The notes beneath the pieces are model-generated. The model saw only the letters and a list, made by a program, of their open reading frames with translations, had not been told where the DNA came from and ran no database searches. Made by a program: the position numbers and the translations under genes. Shown here in pieces: positions 21,546 to 32,975 of a stretch of DNA of 64,000 bases; position 1 is the first letter of the stretch; every line of letters begins with the position of its first letter. This DNA is from Terriglobia bacterium (GTDB lineage: Bacteria; Acidobacteriota; Terriglobia; 20CM-2-55-15): positions 512,001 to 576,000 of the forward strand of contig CAXWPJ010000012.1 in assembly GCA_963664115.2 (NCBI GenBank), read 5' to 3'.

Positions 21546-23035
21546 TGTAGCCCGTCAGAGCATTTCGTACGAAATACCCTAAAAAACTAAGAGACACTTT
21601 TCTAATCAGAACGATCTGAAGGAGGATCGAATGAGTGAGAAAGTGTCGGCAGAGAATCGGGTACGAGAGATTCGTCGAAAGACGCGCAAGAAGTACTCGT
21701 CTGAGGAGAAAGTGCGGATCGTGTTGGAAGGGTTGCGAGGCGAAGAGAGCATCGCAGAACTGTGCCGACGCGAAGGGATTCCGTCAAATCTGTATTACCG
21801 GTGGAGCAAGGACTTCCTGGAGGCGGGGAAGAAACGGCTGGCTGGGGACACGAAGCGGGAAGCGACATCGAGCGAAGTCACCGAGTTGCGGCAGGAAAAC
21901 GATCAGTTGAAGCAGGTCGTGGCCGAAATACTGCTAAAGAATCGTTTTCTGAAAAAAACGTTGAACGTAACGGACTCCGAGAGCATCGATATATGAGGCA
22001 ATCGGGATCTGAGAAGCTGGAGACGATCCGAGTGGTGGAAGACTCGGAGTTGTCGGTGACAGCGACCCTCCGGGAGCTGGGCGTCCCCCGCAGCACGTTC
22101 TACGGTTGGTATCGACGATACAAAGAGCGTGGCGCAGCCGGCTTGTTAGATCGGCATTCCGGCCCCGGCTTCTGCTGGAACCGGATTCCGGGACCGGTGC
22201 GGGAACAGGTGGTCGAAACCGCGTTGAACCACCCGGAAGCCTCACCGCGGGAACTGGCCTGGCAGATCACCGACACCCAGGACTACTTCATCTCCGAATC
22301 CAGCGTGTATCGGATTCTGAAGAGATGCGACCTGATCACCAGTCCCGCATACATCGTGATGACGGCCAGCGATCACTTCCAGCAGCCAACCCGGCGTGTG
22401 AACGAACTCTGGCAAACTGATTTCACTTACTTCAGGGTCGTCGGTTGGGGTTGGTACTACCTGTCGACCGTGCTGGACGATTACTCTCGCTACATCATCG
22501 CCTGGAAGCTCTTTCAAACCATGGCCGCATCTGACGTTCAGGACACGCTGGACGTTGCACTACAGGCGACAGATGTCGGACAAGTACAAGTCCGGCACCG
22601 ACCGCGATTGTTGAGCGACAACGGCCCCTGCTACGTATCGCACGAACTCAAAGACTATTTACAACGTCGTGGTATGGAACACACCCGGGGTGCGCCCTAT
22701 CACCCGATGACACAGGGCAAGATCGAACGCTATCACCGTTCGATGAAGAACGTGGTCAAGTTGGAACACTACTATTATCCGTGGGAACTTGAGCAGGCGA
22801 TCGCGCAATGGGTCGAACACTACAACCACCATCGGTATCACGAATCTCTGAACAACGTGACACCGGCTGACGTGTTCTTCGGGAGGGATCAGCAGATCCT
22901 TGCACGTCGTGACCAGATCAAAAGAAAAACGCTGGCTCGACGCAAAATCGAGAACCTTAGGATTGGAGTGGTATAACTTCAAAACCGTCTCTTAGCTAAA
23001 TGGTCTTTTTGTCCGAATTATTCTGACGACGTACA
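21546..23035 (+). mobile_element. IS3-family IS, full copy 1 (1490 bp)
   Basis: TGTAGCCCGTCAGA...TCTGACGACGTACA ends; orfA 21631-21996; DDE orfB to 22976 (WQTDFT, LSDNG, GKIER); A7C slippery run. Confidence 0.95.
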
Positions 23036-23631
23036 TAGAGTTTGCAGTTGCGAATCAGTTTTTGCTTATTGCCAACAAATTCGATCAAAACGTTTACGAG
23101 TTAATCTCAATGGCGAACTCCAACTATCCGCGTGGGACGATCGCGTCCCCCGGTCTTACGGCCGGTACGTGCTTGCGGAAGGACTTCGGAATGATCAACG
23201 AGCTCGTGCCAACGCCGGATCTGATGCTGTCCGCCTGGAAAGTCAACGAATACATTCCCTATCATATAGTCGAGACCGCCTTGAACAAGACTGAACTGTA
23301 TGGGAAACAAATCGCCGTGCTCGGCTATACGTACAAGAAGAATTCCGACGATACAAGGGACAGTCTCGTGCCGAAACTAATCCGATACATCGAACGCCAG
23401 ACACCTAGTAACATTACGGTCTGCGAGCCCCACATAAAGTCTGATGCGATCGGCGAATATCTCAACGTCGATATGCCTAAGTGTCTCGAGTCCGCCGAAG
23501 TGATCTTCATCGCCGTCAATCACGACTGTTTCAGTGACCCCGCCGCTTTTCGCGGGATGGCACAGCCGGGAGCATGGGTGATCGATGTCTGGAATTGCCT
23601 TGGAACCGGGCATATAGTTCAACGAATTTGA
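23036..23631 (+). pseudogene. Nucleotide-sugar dehydrogenase, 5'-truncated by IS
   Basis: PGLTAGTCLRKD and LGYTYKKNSDDTRDS C-terminal motifs only. Confidence 0.85.
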
Positions 23632-23634
23632 CCA

Positions 23635-24624
23635 ATGACGACGATGCGCAAAGCGGTTGTGACTGGCGGGGGAGGGTTTATTGGTCGTTCTCTCGTACGG
23701 GTTCTAGCCTCCCGATTCCACGAGGTTGTTGCTCTCGACAACAACCAGCGAGGATCACTTGATTCCGTAGACGACGCTGGGGGGAAGGTATCCCGCGTCG
23801 AGTGCGACGTTTTGAACCTGAGTGATGTGACGGATCTGTTGCGAGACGTAGACCATGTTTATCACCTAGCGAGCGTGAACGGCACGGAAAATTTCTACAA
23901 AGATCCTGCGCGCGTGCTTGAGGTAGCCATTCTTGGCACACACAACGTGCTGAGGGCATGCATTGAGAACGCCGTAGGTTCGATATGCATAACTTCAACG
24001 TCGGATGAGGGCGAGGTCTACAATTTTCCATCCGTGATTCCGACACCGGAAACCGTTGAGTGTCGAATACCGGATATGTCCAATCCTCGTTTCTCGTATG
24101 CAGGGGGTAAAATCGCTGCTGAACTAATGACGATTAACTATCTCCGGGACACTGGCATCAAATACACGATCGTCAGACCACACAACGTGTACGGCCCCAA
24201 CATGGGATTCGAACATGTAATTCCAAACATCGTTCAAAAACTCTTTCTCGCGAAACGCAACAATGGGTCGGGGCCGTTGCGAATCGACATTCAGGGCTCA
24301 GGGAAGGAAACCCGCGCGTTTATCTTCGTTGATGATGCCGTCCGTGCCATCGCACTCTGTTCACTGCCCGAACATCCGACCGGCATCTATCACATCGGAA
24401 CGGAAAACGAGATTTCCGTCGTCGAACTTGTCCAGCAGATAGGTATTGCGCTCGGAGTCGACGTCGATGTCAGAGGCGGTATGCTTACAGAAGGCAGTCC
24501 GTTACGGCGCTGTCCGGACACGCAAAAGTTACGCTCCTTGGGTTTTGAGCCCGCAACCTCAATGCTGGAAGGACTAAGGCAAACGGTCACTTGGTACTGG
24601 CGCTACTACTCGTCAGGGCATTGA
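23635..24624 (+). CDS. NAD-dependent epimerase/dehydratase
   Basis: VTGGGGFIG, YAGGK and RPHNVYGP motifs. Confidence 0.9.
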   Translation: MTTMRKAVVTGGGGFIGRSLVRVLASRFHEVVALDNNQRGSLDSVDDAGGKVSRVECDVLNLSDVTDLLRDVDHVYHLASVNGTENFYKDPARVLEVAILGTHNVLRACIENAVGSICITSTSDEGEVYNFPSVIPTPETVECRIPDMSNPRFSYAGGKIAAELMTINYLRDTGIKYTIVRPHNVYGPNMGFEHVIPNIVQKLFLAKRNNGSGPLRIDIQGSGKETRAFIFVDDAVRAIALCSLPEHPTGIYHIGTENEISVVELVQQIGIALGVDVDVRGGMLTEGSPLRRCPDTQKLRSLGFEPATSMLEGLRQTVTWYWRYYSSGH

Positions 24625-24922
24625 CAGTCACGCGACCGAAAATCGCAATTCATCACACACGTGAATGCTCACCATTGCTGACCGCCGACAGGAAAGAAAG
24701 CCTTCCTTGCAAGCCATGTGCTCTGACGGGATACAGTTCTCTTCTCATCTTTCGGCAGCTATAGGGAATACCTCGCAGGCCGTCGCACTATCGGAAAGGG
24801 CAGAAGGAGCGTCTGCTTGCCGGTCCATGCAGGGGATTTCTCGTGCCGCAGTTGTAGAGAGGCACACGGAGATGTAGAGACGTTCGGCAGGACCAACATT
24901 GGAACGACTCCGAAAATTCGAA

Positions 24923-25969
24923 TCATGGCGAGAGAAACCGGAAGAGATTCGGAAGGTAATAACGACTCTGCTCGAATTCGAGCCGAAGGGCCAACGCATT
25001 TGGATAAAACAGCCGCAGCCAAGCCATGGCACAGCAATTCACAAGAAGTCCAGGTGCTAACGCCACGAGAAGAGCTATGACACGGTTGTATCCACTAATA
25101 GTCTGTGATCTTAAGTGCTGATTATATTCACGAATTGAGTATGCTCCCTTCGCTCGGAATTTGACCAATTCCCGAATACGCCGCCATGGAGCTGGGTCCG
25201 CGACCAATCGTTTTTCAGCATCCGACAAAGTCGTAAGGCTCCAAATTATCCCGGGCCAGTTAAACATCCACATCCTAAAGCCCCGCCCGGTCCAGTGCGC
25301 GTTCCCATAGCGAATGCGAATATAGGGGCGCGCAAATACATATGTCGACGCGGGCAAGATGGATTGGAAAATAACTCCGATATGAACAAATTCAGTTCCG
25401 AAGTATTTTTCTGAGTTTCGAGAACACCAGATATCTCTTCGAATAATCACTCCGCCAATAAACGAAAGATGAGCACCCACAGTCACGAATAGATCCCCGA
25501 ACTCGTCTGGAGTGTAAATGCGGTCAGTAGCTAACTGAATTCGTCTTTCCTCCAATACCTGGTTCAACTCGAGATCGCGCACTTCGGCATTCACCACCAA
25601 TAATGCATAGTCACCCTCCGCGACCGTCAGAATTGAAGAGACCGCCCCATCAAGAACAATGTCATCATCCGTCATTAACCAGCAATATCTTCCGGACGAG
25701 AGCCTGACAACAACATCGTAGTCATGATCGACACCTTGGGGAATTTTTCGATGGTAATGCAAGGCAGGAAATCGCTCTATGAAACCATTCACTATATCCT
25801 CGGTAGTATGATCCTCAGAGCCGTCTAACACAACAATCTCAACCTGCTCATCAGACTGCTGCACAATACTTTCAAGGGTTTCGCTAATGAAACCGGATCG
25901 ATTCATCGTGGCAATACAAATTGAGAGGAGGGGATTTTGTGCTTTTAACTTGGCGTCCACGATTTCCAA
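24923..25969 (-). CDS. Glycosyltransferase family 2
   Basis: LSICIATMNR and WLMTDDD motifs. Confidence 0.9.
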   Translation of the reverse strand: MEIVDAKLKAQNPLLSICIATMNRSGFISETLESIVQQSDEQVEIVVLDGSEDHTTEDIVNGFIERFPALHYHRKIPQGVDHDYDVVVRLSSGRYCWLMTDDDIVLDGAVSSILTVAEGDYALLVVNAEVRDLELNQVLEERRIQLATDRIYTPDEFGDLFVTVGAHLSFIGGVIIRRDIWCSRNSEKYFGTEFVHIGVIFQSILPASTYVFARPYIRIRYGNAHWTGRGFRMWMFNWPGIIWSLTTLSDAEKRLVADPAPWRRIRELVKFRAKGAYSIREYNQHLRSQTISGYNRVIALLVALAPGLLVNCCAMAWLRLFYPNALALRLEFEQSRYYLPNLFRFLSP

Positions 25970-25979
25970 CGCATCTCGG

Positions 25980-26918
25980 TCAGTTCGAGATCTTTCGAGA
26001 TATAAGGATCCGAGCCCGACCCTTTAGCAATCCGCTGCGAACCAAGATCTTGTCCAGGTTGATTAGGCTCCAGGCCAGGCGATAACGGAACCAACTGGGC
26101 CCCGAAATTTTGAGGGCAGGAGCGAGGGAAAACGCGCCAAACGGAAAGTCTTCAATCAAATCATACTGTTCGCGCCAGACGTTCTCAATATCTTCAACGG
26201 TCGAGTACTTCGCCTGTTCCATTGGAGAAAATACTTCCGGAACATCGACAGTGGTCCCTGACAGACGTCGCATCACTGCTCTCACTTTATCAACATAGCT
26301 TCGATCAGCCGTCGGAAGCAGTAAGCCGAACAGCCGTCCCAGGTACATCTCTACCGGGTCCACCTCGTAGTCGTCCAAAGTCGCAATTACCCCACTGGGT
26401 CTCAAAGCGCGCCTAACTTTAGACATGAATCCGAAAAAATCGGGCAAGTGGTGAAAGGCGGACCATCCGGACACCGCATCGTATGTGTCTTCTCCCAAAT
26501 CGACTGTCGAGACGTCCTTCAGGTGATAGGTAACACTCCCAAATCCATCTGTGTACGGGTTCTCCTTCAGCATCCTCTCCGCAATATCAATCGCAAGAGG
26601 AGAAAGATCATATGCATCCACATGCTGACCTCGGCGGCCCAACTCCAACGCTAGCCATCCTGGCCCACAACCGATGTCTAGCACGCGTCCACCCGGTTTG
26701 TGGGCAACCAGTTCAAGGTAACGATCACGATAATACTTCTGCTGCATATCAAATATCGCAGGATCTATCGGCTCAAAGCCTGGACGCCCAACAACACGGG
26801 TCGCCCTTCTTATATCTGCCGACATTGGGATTGCGTTGTTCAGAGATCGACGACGTGCCGATTCGTTGAAGAACTCTGCTTCAGCCTGTTGAAGCTGATC
26901 GATATTTGATTCGTTCAT
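25980..26918 (-). CDS. Class I SAM-dependent methyltransferase
   Basis: VLDIGCGPG motif I. Confidence 0.9.
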   Translation of the reverse strand: MNESNIDQLQQAEAEFFNESARRRSLNNAIPMSADIRRATRVVGRPGFEPIDPAIFDMQQKYYRDRYLELVAHKPGGRVLDIGCGPGWLALELGRRGQHVDAYDLSPLAIDIAERMLKENPYTDGFGSVTYHLKDVSTVDLGEDTYDAVSGWSAFHHLPDFFGFMSKVRRALRPSGVIATLDDYEVDPVEMYLGRLFGLLLPTADRSYVDKVRAVMRRLSGTTVDVPEVFSPMEQAKYSTVEDIENVWREQYDLIEDFPFGAFSLAPALKISGPSWFRYRLAWSLINLDKILVRSGLLKGRARILISRKISN

Positions 26919-26940
26919 CTACCTCGAGCCAAGGTTGTCC

Positions 26941-27483
26941 TATTGATCTGGTCACGACGCGAAATGACCCGCTGATTCCTCCCGAAGAACATGTCGTCCG
27001 GTGTCACGTTATTGAGAGATTCGTGATACTGATGGCGGTTGTAGTGTTCGAGCCATTGCTCGATCGCCTGATTGAGTTCCCACGGATAGTAATAGTGTTC
27101 CAGTTAGACCATGTTCTTCATCGAACAGTAGTAGCGTTCGATCTTGGCCTAGGTCATCGGGTTGTAGGGCGCACCCCGAGTGTGTTCCAACCCGCGACGT
27201 TGTCATAGCCTTTGAACTCGTACGACACGTAACAGGGCCCATTGTCGTTCAACAGTCGCGGTCGGCGGCGGACCTGTACCTTGGCCTCGACAGAGCTCTG
27301 CGATGCTCTCTTCGCCCCTCAGTCCTTCCAACACGATCCGCACTTTCTCTTCCGACGAATCTCCCGTACCCGATTTTCTGCCGACACTTTCTCCTCCATT
27401 CGACCTCCTTCAGATCGTTCCGATTAGAAAAGTGTCTCTTAGTTTTCTTGAGAATTCTGTCCGAAATGCTCTGACGGGCTACA
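26941..27483 (-). mobile_element. Internally deleted, diverged IS3-family copy (inverted)
   Basis: Left end at 27483; partial orfA joined to 3' orfB remnants. Confidence 0.85.
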
Positions 27484-27543
27484 CCTAGTTCAGTCAGCTC
27501 CGGATATAAGATCAGTTTGAAACCGCCTGCTCGCACATGCTGA

Positions 27544-29334
27544 TCAAAGCGGCTTATTGTTCATTTTTTTAGATCCCGCTTTTGCATATTCGTATTCGTT
27601 CATCACTTGATCGGGAGTATCAATCATCCTAAGCCTTCCTTTTTCTATCCAGACCAAAAAGTCGCATTCCATGATGGTGCTCACACGGTGAGCGATGATT
27701 ATCAATGTATGCGTACCTTTGAGACTATAGATCGTGTCTTGAATCGCCCTCTCACTCTTCGAGTCCAGAGAACTGGTAGCTTCATCATCAAAAATTATTA
27801 CGTCTGGCATTGTGTAGAGCGCCCGGGCGATGGCGACACGCTGCTTTTCTCCACCTGAAAGCCGCGCACCACGCTCTCCGATTTCCGTATCGATTCCCCT
27901 CGGCAAACTGTCCACCAACTCCTTCATGTAAGCCATCCGACAGCACTCTCGGACGAGTTCTCGATCTATATCTGTTTCTTCAACACCAAACGCGACATTC
28001 CCGGCTAAAGTTCCATCGAATATATAAGGAGATTGCGGCACATATCCTACAGTCGACATCCACGCATTCCGTGATTCCCTGTCGAGTACGCGGTCATCGA
28101 TCGCGATGTCCCCATTACGAGGGGGCAAGAGCCCAATTAAAATATCAACGATCGTGCTCTTGCCCGCGCCCGAACTACCCACGATACCCACGGTTTGGCC
28201 CTTCTCGATGCGAAAACTCATGTCCCGTATCGCGTGCGTCGCTTTATTGCTGCTATAGGAAAACGAAATATTGTTCACATTGATTTCTCTGTGAAATTCA
28301 AGTCTCCCAGGTCGCTCCAAACCCCTGTCGGACTTGACGTCAGACATTGTCTCGATCTCTCTTAAGTACCGAATCTCATTTTTCGTATAGGGCAGTATGC
28401 TTCTAATCGAGGTAAGGCTCCCAAGTATCCTGTTCATAGCTGGGAGAACCCGCCATGCGGCGACCGCCAACAAAGTCGCGATACCAGTGACCTGTTCCGT
28501 CGAGAAATCCAAGAGAACAAGCATCAAACAAACTGTGCCTGAGAGCAGGAGAAAGCCTACCGTCTCGAGGAGTCCGACTGGCAAGACGAGATAAAAATTC
28601 TGCAATCCCCGAAATTGAGCCAGCGGATATGCGTCTTTTCTGAAATAGCTCAAGAACGTTGGGATGCGACCAGACACTTTCAGGTCCTTAATCCCATGAA
28701 TTCCTTTCGTCACATGTCGGTTGATCGATTGGTCATATTTACGGCACTGGTCCGCAGCATTCTCTTGCAGAACCTGCATACTTGAATAAATAAAGTATGC
28801 AGTACACCCGAGGACGAAAATGAGTCCGATCGAAATAACTGGTTGAGCCACAAGCAATATCAGCAACAAAAATGCCACCATCAAACTATCACTCAATATT
28901 TGGAAACTTGCCTTGATGAGACTACTACCCAAAAAAATACGCCACTCTACGGCGAGAACAATATCCGCACTGTTCTGTGAGAGATGCCATTCATACGGCA
29001 TGTTGAGGAAGCCATTGAAAAGCTTGGCACCCAGCAATTCATCAATCAGGTAGGAAAATCGCGTAATCTGATATCTCACCAGAACCTGACTGGTGTTTTT
29101 TAGAGCAATCAGCAGCACTACCAATATACTCACTGACACAATTAGGTTCTGCGAAGAATCAAGAAAATCAAGCGCCAAAATCCGTCGCGCGTAGAGCACG
29201 TATTGGGACTCCAACACTTCTTCGGGAGACGATACGGTAGAAGCAAAAAAGGCGATCCCGACTGTCGCGACGGTCTCTAAAAAAGCAACAGCCACCACCG
29301 CGGCAAACAGAATCCAGAATTGCTTTCGGCGACG
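27544..29334 (-). CDS. ABC transporter permease/ATPase, 5'-truncated by IS
   Basis: TM domain; GSSGAGKS and LSGGEKQR; frame runs into the IS at 29335. Confidence 0.85.
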   Translation of the reverse strand, partial: RRRKQFWILFAAVVAVAFLETVATVGIAFFASTVSSPEEVLESQYVLYARRILALDFLDSSQNLIVSVSILVVLLIALKNTSQVLVRYQITRFSYLIDELLGAKLFNGFLNMPYEWHLSQNSADIVLAVEWRIFLGSSLIKASFQILSDSLMVAFLLLILLVAQPVISIGLIFVLGCTAYFIYSSMQVLQENAADQCRKYDQSINRHVTKGIHGIKDLKVSGRIPTFLSYFRKDAYPLAQFRGLQNFYLVLPVGLLETVGFLLLSGTVCLMLVLLDFSTEQVTGIATLLAVAAWRVLPAMNRILGSLTSIRSILPYTKNEIRYLREIETMSDVKSDRGLERPGRLEFHREINVNNISFSYSSNKATHAIRDMSFRIEKGQTVGIVGSSGAGKSTIVDILIGLLPPRNGDIAIDDRVLDRESRNAWMSTVGYVPQSPYIFDGTLAGNVAFGVEETDIDRELVRECCRMAYMKELVDSLPRGIDTEIGERGARLSGGEKQRVAIARALYTMPDVIIFDDEATSSLDSKSERAIQDTIYSLKGTHTLIIIAHRVSTIMECDFLVWIEKGRLRMIDTPDQVMNEYEYAKAGSKKMNNKPL

Positions 29335-30824
29335 TGTAGCCCGTCAGAGCATTTCGTACGAAATACCCTAAAAAACTAAGAGACACTTTTCTAATCAGAA
29401 CGATCTGAAGGAGGATCGAATGAGTGAGAAAGTGTCGGCAGAGAATCGGGTACGAGAGATTCGTCGAAAGACGCGCAAGAAGTACTCGTCTGAGGAGAAA
29501 GTGCGGATCGTGTTGGAAGGGTTGCGAGGCGAAGAGAGCATCGCAGAACTGTGCCGACGCGAAGGGATTCCGTCAAATCTGTATTACCGGTGGAGCAAGG
29601 ACTTCCTGGAGGCGGGGAAGAAACGGCTGGCTGGGGACACGAAGCGGGAAGCGACATCGAGCGAAGTCACCGAGTTGCGGCAGGAAAACGATCAGTTGAA
29701 GCAGGTCGTGGCCGAAATACTGCTAAAGAATCGTTTTCTGAAAAAAACGTTGAACGTAACGGACTCCGAGAGCATCGATATATGAGGCAATCGGGATCTG
29801 AGAAGCTGGAGACGATCCGAGTGGTGGAAGACTCGGAGTTGTCGGTGACAGCGACCCTCCGGGAGCTGGGCGTCCCCCGCAGCACGTTCTACGGTTGGTA
29901 TCGACGATACAAAGAGCGTGGCGCAGCCGGCTTGTTAGATCGGCATTCCGGCCCCGGCTTCTGCTGGAACCGGATTCCGGGACCGGTGCGGGAACAGGTG
30001 GTCGAAACCGCGTTGAACCACCCGGAAGCCTCACCGCGGGAACTGGCCTGGCAGATCACCGACACCCAGGACTACTTCATCTCCGAATCCAGCGTGTATC
30101 GGATTCTGAAGAGATGCGACCTGATCACCAGTCCCGCATACATCGTGATGACGGCCAGCGATCACTTCCAGCAGCCAACCCGGCGTGTGAACGAACTCTG
30201 GCAAACTGATTTCACTTACTTCAGGGTCGTCGGTTGGGGTTGGTACTACCTGTCGACCGTGCTGGACGATTACTCTCGCTACATCATCGCCTGGAAGCTC
30301 TTTCAAACCATGGCCGCATCTGACGTTCAGGACACGCTGGACGTTGCACTACAGGCGACAGATGTCGGACAAGTACAAGTCCGGCACCGACCGCGATTGT
30401 TGAGCGACAACGGCCCCTGCTACGTATCGCACGAACTCAAAGACTATTTACAACGTCGTGGTATGGAACACACCCGGGGTGCGCCCTATCACCCGATGAC
30501 ACAGGGCAAGATCGAACGCTATCACCGTTCGATGAAGAACGTGGTCAAGTTGGAACACTACTATTATCCGTGGGAACTTGAGCAGGCGATCGCGCAATGG
30601 GTCGAACACTACAACCACCATCGGTATCACGAATCTCTGAACAACGTGACACCGGCTGACGTGTTCTTCGGGAGGGATCAGCAGATCCTTGCACGTCGTG
30701 ACCAGATCAAAAGAAAAACGCTGGCTCGACGCAAAATCGAGAACCTTAGGATTGGAGTGGTATAACTTCAAAACCGTCTCTTAGCTAAATGGTCTTTTTG
30801 TCCGAATTATTCTGACGACGTACA
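29335..30824 (+). mobile_element. IS3-family IS, full copy 2
   Basis: Same ends and ORFs as copy 1. Confidence 0.95.
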
Positions 30825-30924
30825 GTTGCACGGCAGCTCAACGAGCGGCCACGCAAGACTCTGGAGTTCGCAACTCCGGCAGAAACATTTAATGCTTGTG
30901 TTGCATCGACCGGTTGATCTGAAT
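30825..30924 (+). mobile_element. IS30-family terminal remnant
   Basis: Encodes VARQLNERPRKTLEFATPAETFNACVASTG* and ends in IR GTGTTGCATCGACCGGTTGATCTGAAT. Confidence 0.85.
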
Positions 30925-30943
30925 TGATTTATCAGGACTTGAC
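30925..30943 (+). repeat. Array site, right half, abutting the IS30 end
   Basis: TGATTTATCAGGACTTGAC. Confidence 0.9.
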
Positions 30944-31057
30944 CCGTCATCTCTGTCTCCGCCAACTTCCCCGAAGCCGACTTCTGGGTCTCTAATACCG
31001 ACCATTCCTAAACACAAGGCGACTAGGGAGGAGTAATCGGGTGTTCTGCTTCGTGCC

Positions 31058-31133
31058 CCTCGACATAACACCCATGCCGCGACACTGTCTGCGCTCCGAT
31101 CGTCTTCAGACCCTTCTTATTCCGCTTATCCGC
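31058..31133 (+). repeat. Family-2 repeat (copy B)
   Basis: GACATAACACCCAT...GACACTG...CAGACCCT...CGCTTATCCGC. Confidence 0.7.
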
Positions 31134-31273
31134 CGTATTTTTTTGATTCTTTTATGATGAAGGATCTTTCCCTTGCATTCGATAAATGCCTTTGATGCAA
31201 CAAAAAGTTCTTTTACCATGCACCTGTTGGAACTGGTGTGATTCTTAAAGGTTTTGTGCACAAATATTAAATA

Positions 31274-31855
31274 GTGAGGAATTTTTATTTTCTTATGAGA
31301 GGCATAGTTGCTGCGACGTTACTCACGGTTCTTATGGCAGGTACTGCAAGGGCGCAAGAGCCTGTTCCAGAGGATTTTTCTTTCTATTATTCTGTAAACA
31401 GCATGGGTTCCGAGCGTAGCTACGATAGCAGCGAAAATATGCGGAGATTGCCGTTGCCATGTTTTGATGATTATTTTTTTTATGCGCGGTTAACGCCTGT
31501 GCAAAAAGGGGAGATGGAGCGCCAAGAGGTCCTCGACGTGTTGCATAGTTATGACGCAATAATGAAAAATGACCTTTTGTCTGTGAGAAGAGATCTCACA
31601 CAACCTCCTGATGGTTCTCCTGAAGGGGCTTTGGGATTGCCTTTGGCTGTGACAAGCATCGGATCGAGCAGGATCAGCTGAACTGTTCAAGGTCAATTTG
31701 GGTTTGCGGTCAATGGAATGAGGATGTTTCTCAACTTTAATGAAAAAACTCGTGATGCTAAATGGAGGGATGTGCACCAAGTTGTTCGCGGCGTGTTACA
31801 GCAGGTAGATGGTGCATATGAGTTTCCAGATAATGAGTGTTCAGGTGACCAGTAA
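31274..31855 (+). pseudogene. AT-rich secreted hypothetical protein with an internal TGA (31679)
   Basis: Signal peptide; frame stays open for 57 codons past the TGA. Confidence 0.55.
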
Positions 31856-31933
31856 TTCGCAAACTTTCTCTGAACGTTGCCAGTATCATTAATAGTGCAA
31901 ACCCCAAGCGGTACTCTAAAAATCAGAGAGCGC

Positions 31934-32035
31934 CGCGCGACGGCCTGCGGCCGCGCGCGGGTTGAAATAACACTCATACGACGACATTGCCAGCGCTGAC
32001 ATAGTCGTCAGACCCTGCTTGTATCGCTTATCCGC
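31934..32035 (+). repeat. Family-2 repeat (copy C)
   Basis: Colinear with 3870-3971. Confidence 0.8.
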
Positions 32036-32175
32036 CTCGCAGCCCTCCGAGAGTTAAACCTCGACAAACGCCGTTTCGTTTACCGATCCAAATTCAACGT
32101 CCCAGAAGTCGGCTTCTGGCAACCAGTTCTAGCTTTGGAACGAGTGGATTGGAAGCAATGATTGAATCAGCGGGA

Positions 32176-32215
32176 TTCTCAACGTCCGAGAAGATGATTT
32201 GTCAGGACTTGAGAC
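32176..32215 (+). repeat. 40-bp dif-like array site, intact
   Basis: TTCTCAACGTCCGAGAAGATGATTTGTCAGGACTTGAGAC. Confidence 0.95.
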
Positions 32216-32273
32216 GGCAGAGAAGATTTCGTAGTGGCCAAGTTAGGTCACGGATCGCATTGGATGAATGCGA

Positions 32274-32954
32274 CTACAGCTGGAATTTCAGTCTTGTTTG
32301 GAGGCGGCGCGGAAGGTGCCCGACGTCGTTGTAAGTGACAAGCACGATCCTCCCGTCTGACTTGATTACGACCTCGCTGATCCCACAGTTGTCTGTTCCC
32401 AGCCGGGTCCAGTTGTTACCAGAGTCAGCAAGGAGTCGGGAAACGAGGAAACGGATCAGGTTACCGTGAGAGACTATGATCTCGTGCTTGTCGCGCCCGC
32501 GTGCCGGACGCAGAAAACTGGAGAAAGCAGCCGCGGCTTGCTTCTGCCCAGCCTGCAAATATTCCACGGGTACATCCTTGAAGACACGACTTGGAAGAAA
32601 GCATTCTCGAAGAATTCTCCTCCTCGTATACGGAACACCATCAAGATTTCGACGGATGATCTCGGCAGTTTCAACCGCACGGATCAGGTCACTGGAATAG
32701 ATAGCAGTTACTGGCAGAGAACGAAGTCTCTTCGCGGTTAGCTGCGCCTGCTTTTTTCCACGGGGAGTCAGACGCTTGAGCGAGGGAGGCTGAGCTTGCA
32801 AGTGATACTCGCCATGGCGGACGAAGTAGATTGTACGTGTCGCCACTGAGCCTCCGACCTCGGTTAAGCGGTAGCCACAGGGTACGACACCAAGCTCCAG
32901 CAGCCTGAACAAGAATGTGCGGCTTAAGTCCTGCGCAGTCCACATCGTGGACAA
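32274..32954 (-). CDS. Histidine phosphatase (phosphoglycerate mutase-like); true start probably near 32846
   Basis: VRHGE, SSDLIRAVETA and VSHGNLIR motifs. Confidence 0.9.
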   Translation of the reverse strand: MSTMWTAQDLSRTFLFRLLELGVVPCGYRLTEVGGSVATRTIYFVRHGEYHLQAQPPSLKRLTPRGKKQAQLTAKRLRSLPVTAIYSSDLIRAVETAEIIRRNLDGVPYTRRRILRECFLPSRVFKDVPVEYLQAGQKQAAAAFSSFLRPARGRDKHEIIVSHGNLIRFLVSRLLADSGNNWTRLGTDNCGISEVVIKSDGRIVLVTYNDVGHLPRRLQTRLKFQL

Positions 32955-32975
32955 GAGTGACCTGTCTCCGTTAGG

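Noticed and set aside
31679-31681. In-frame TGA as a second selenocysteine
   Set aside because: No redox-motif context and no convincing downstream hairpin; a nonsense mutation is simpler.
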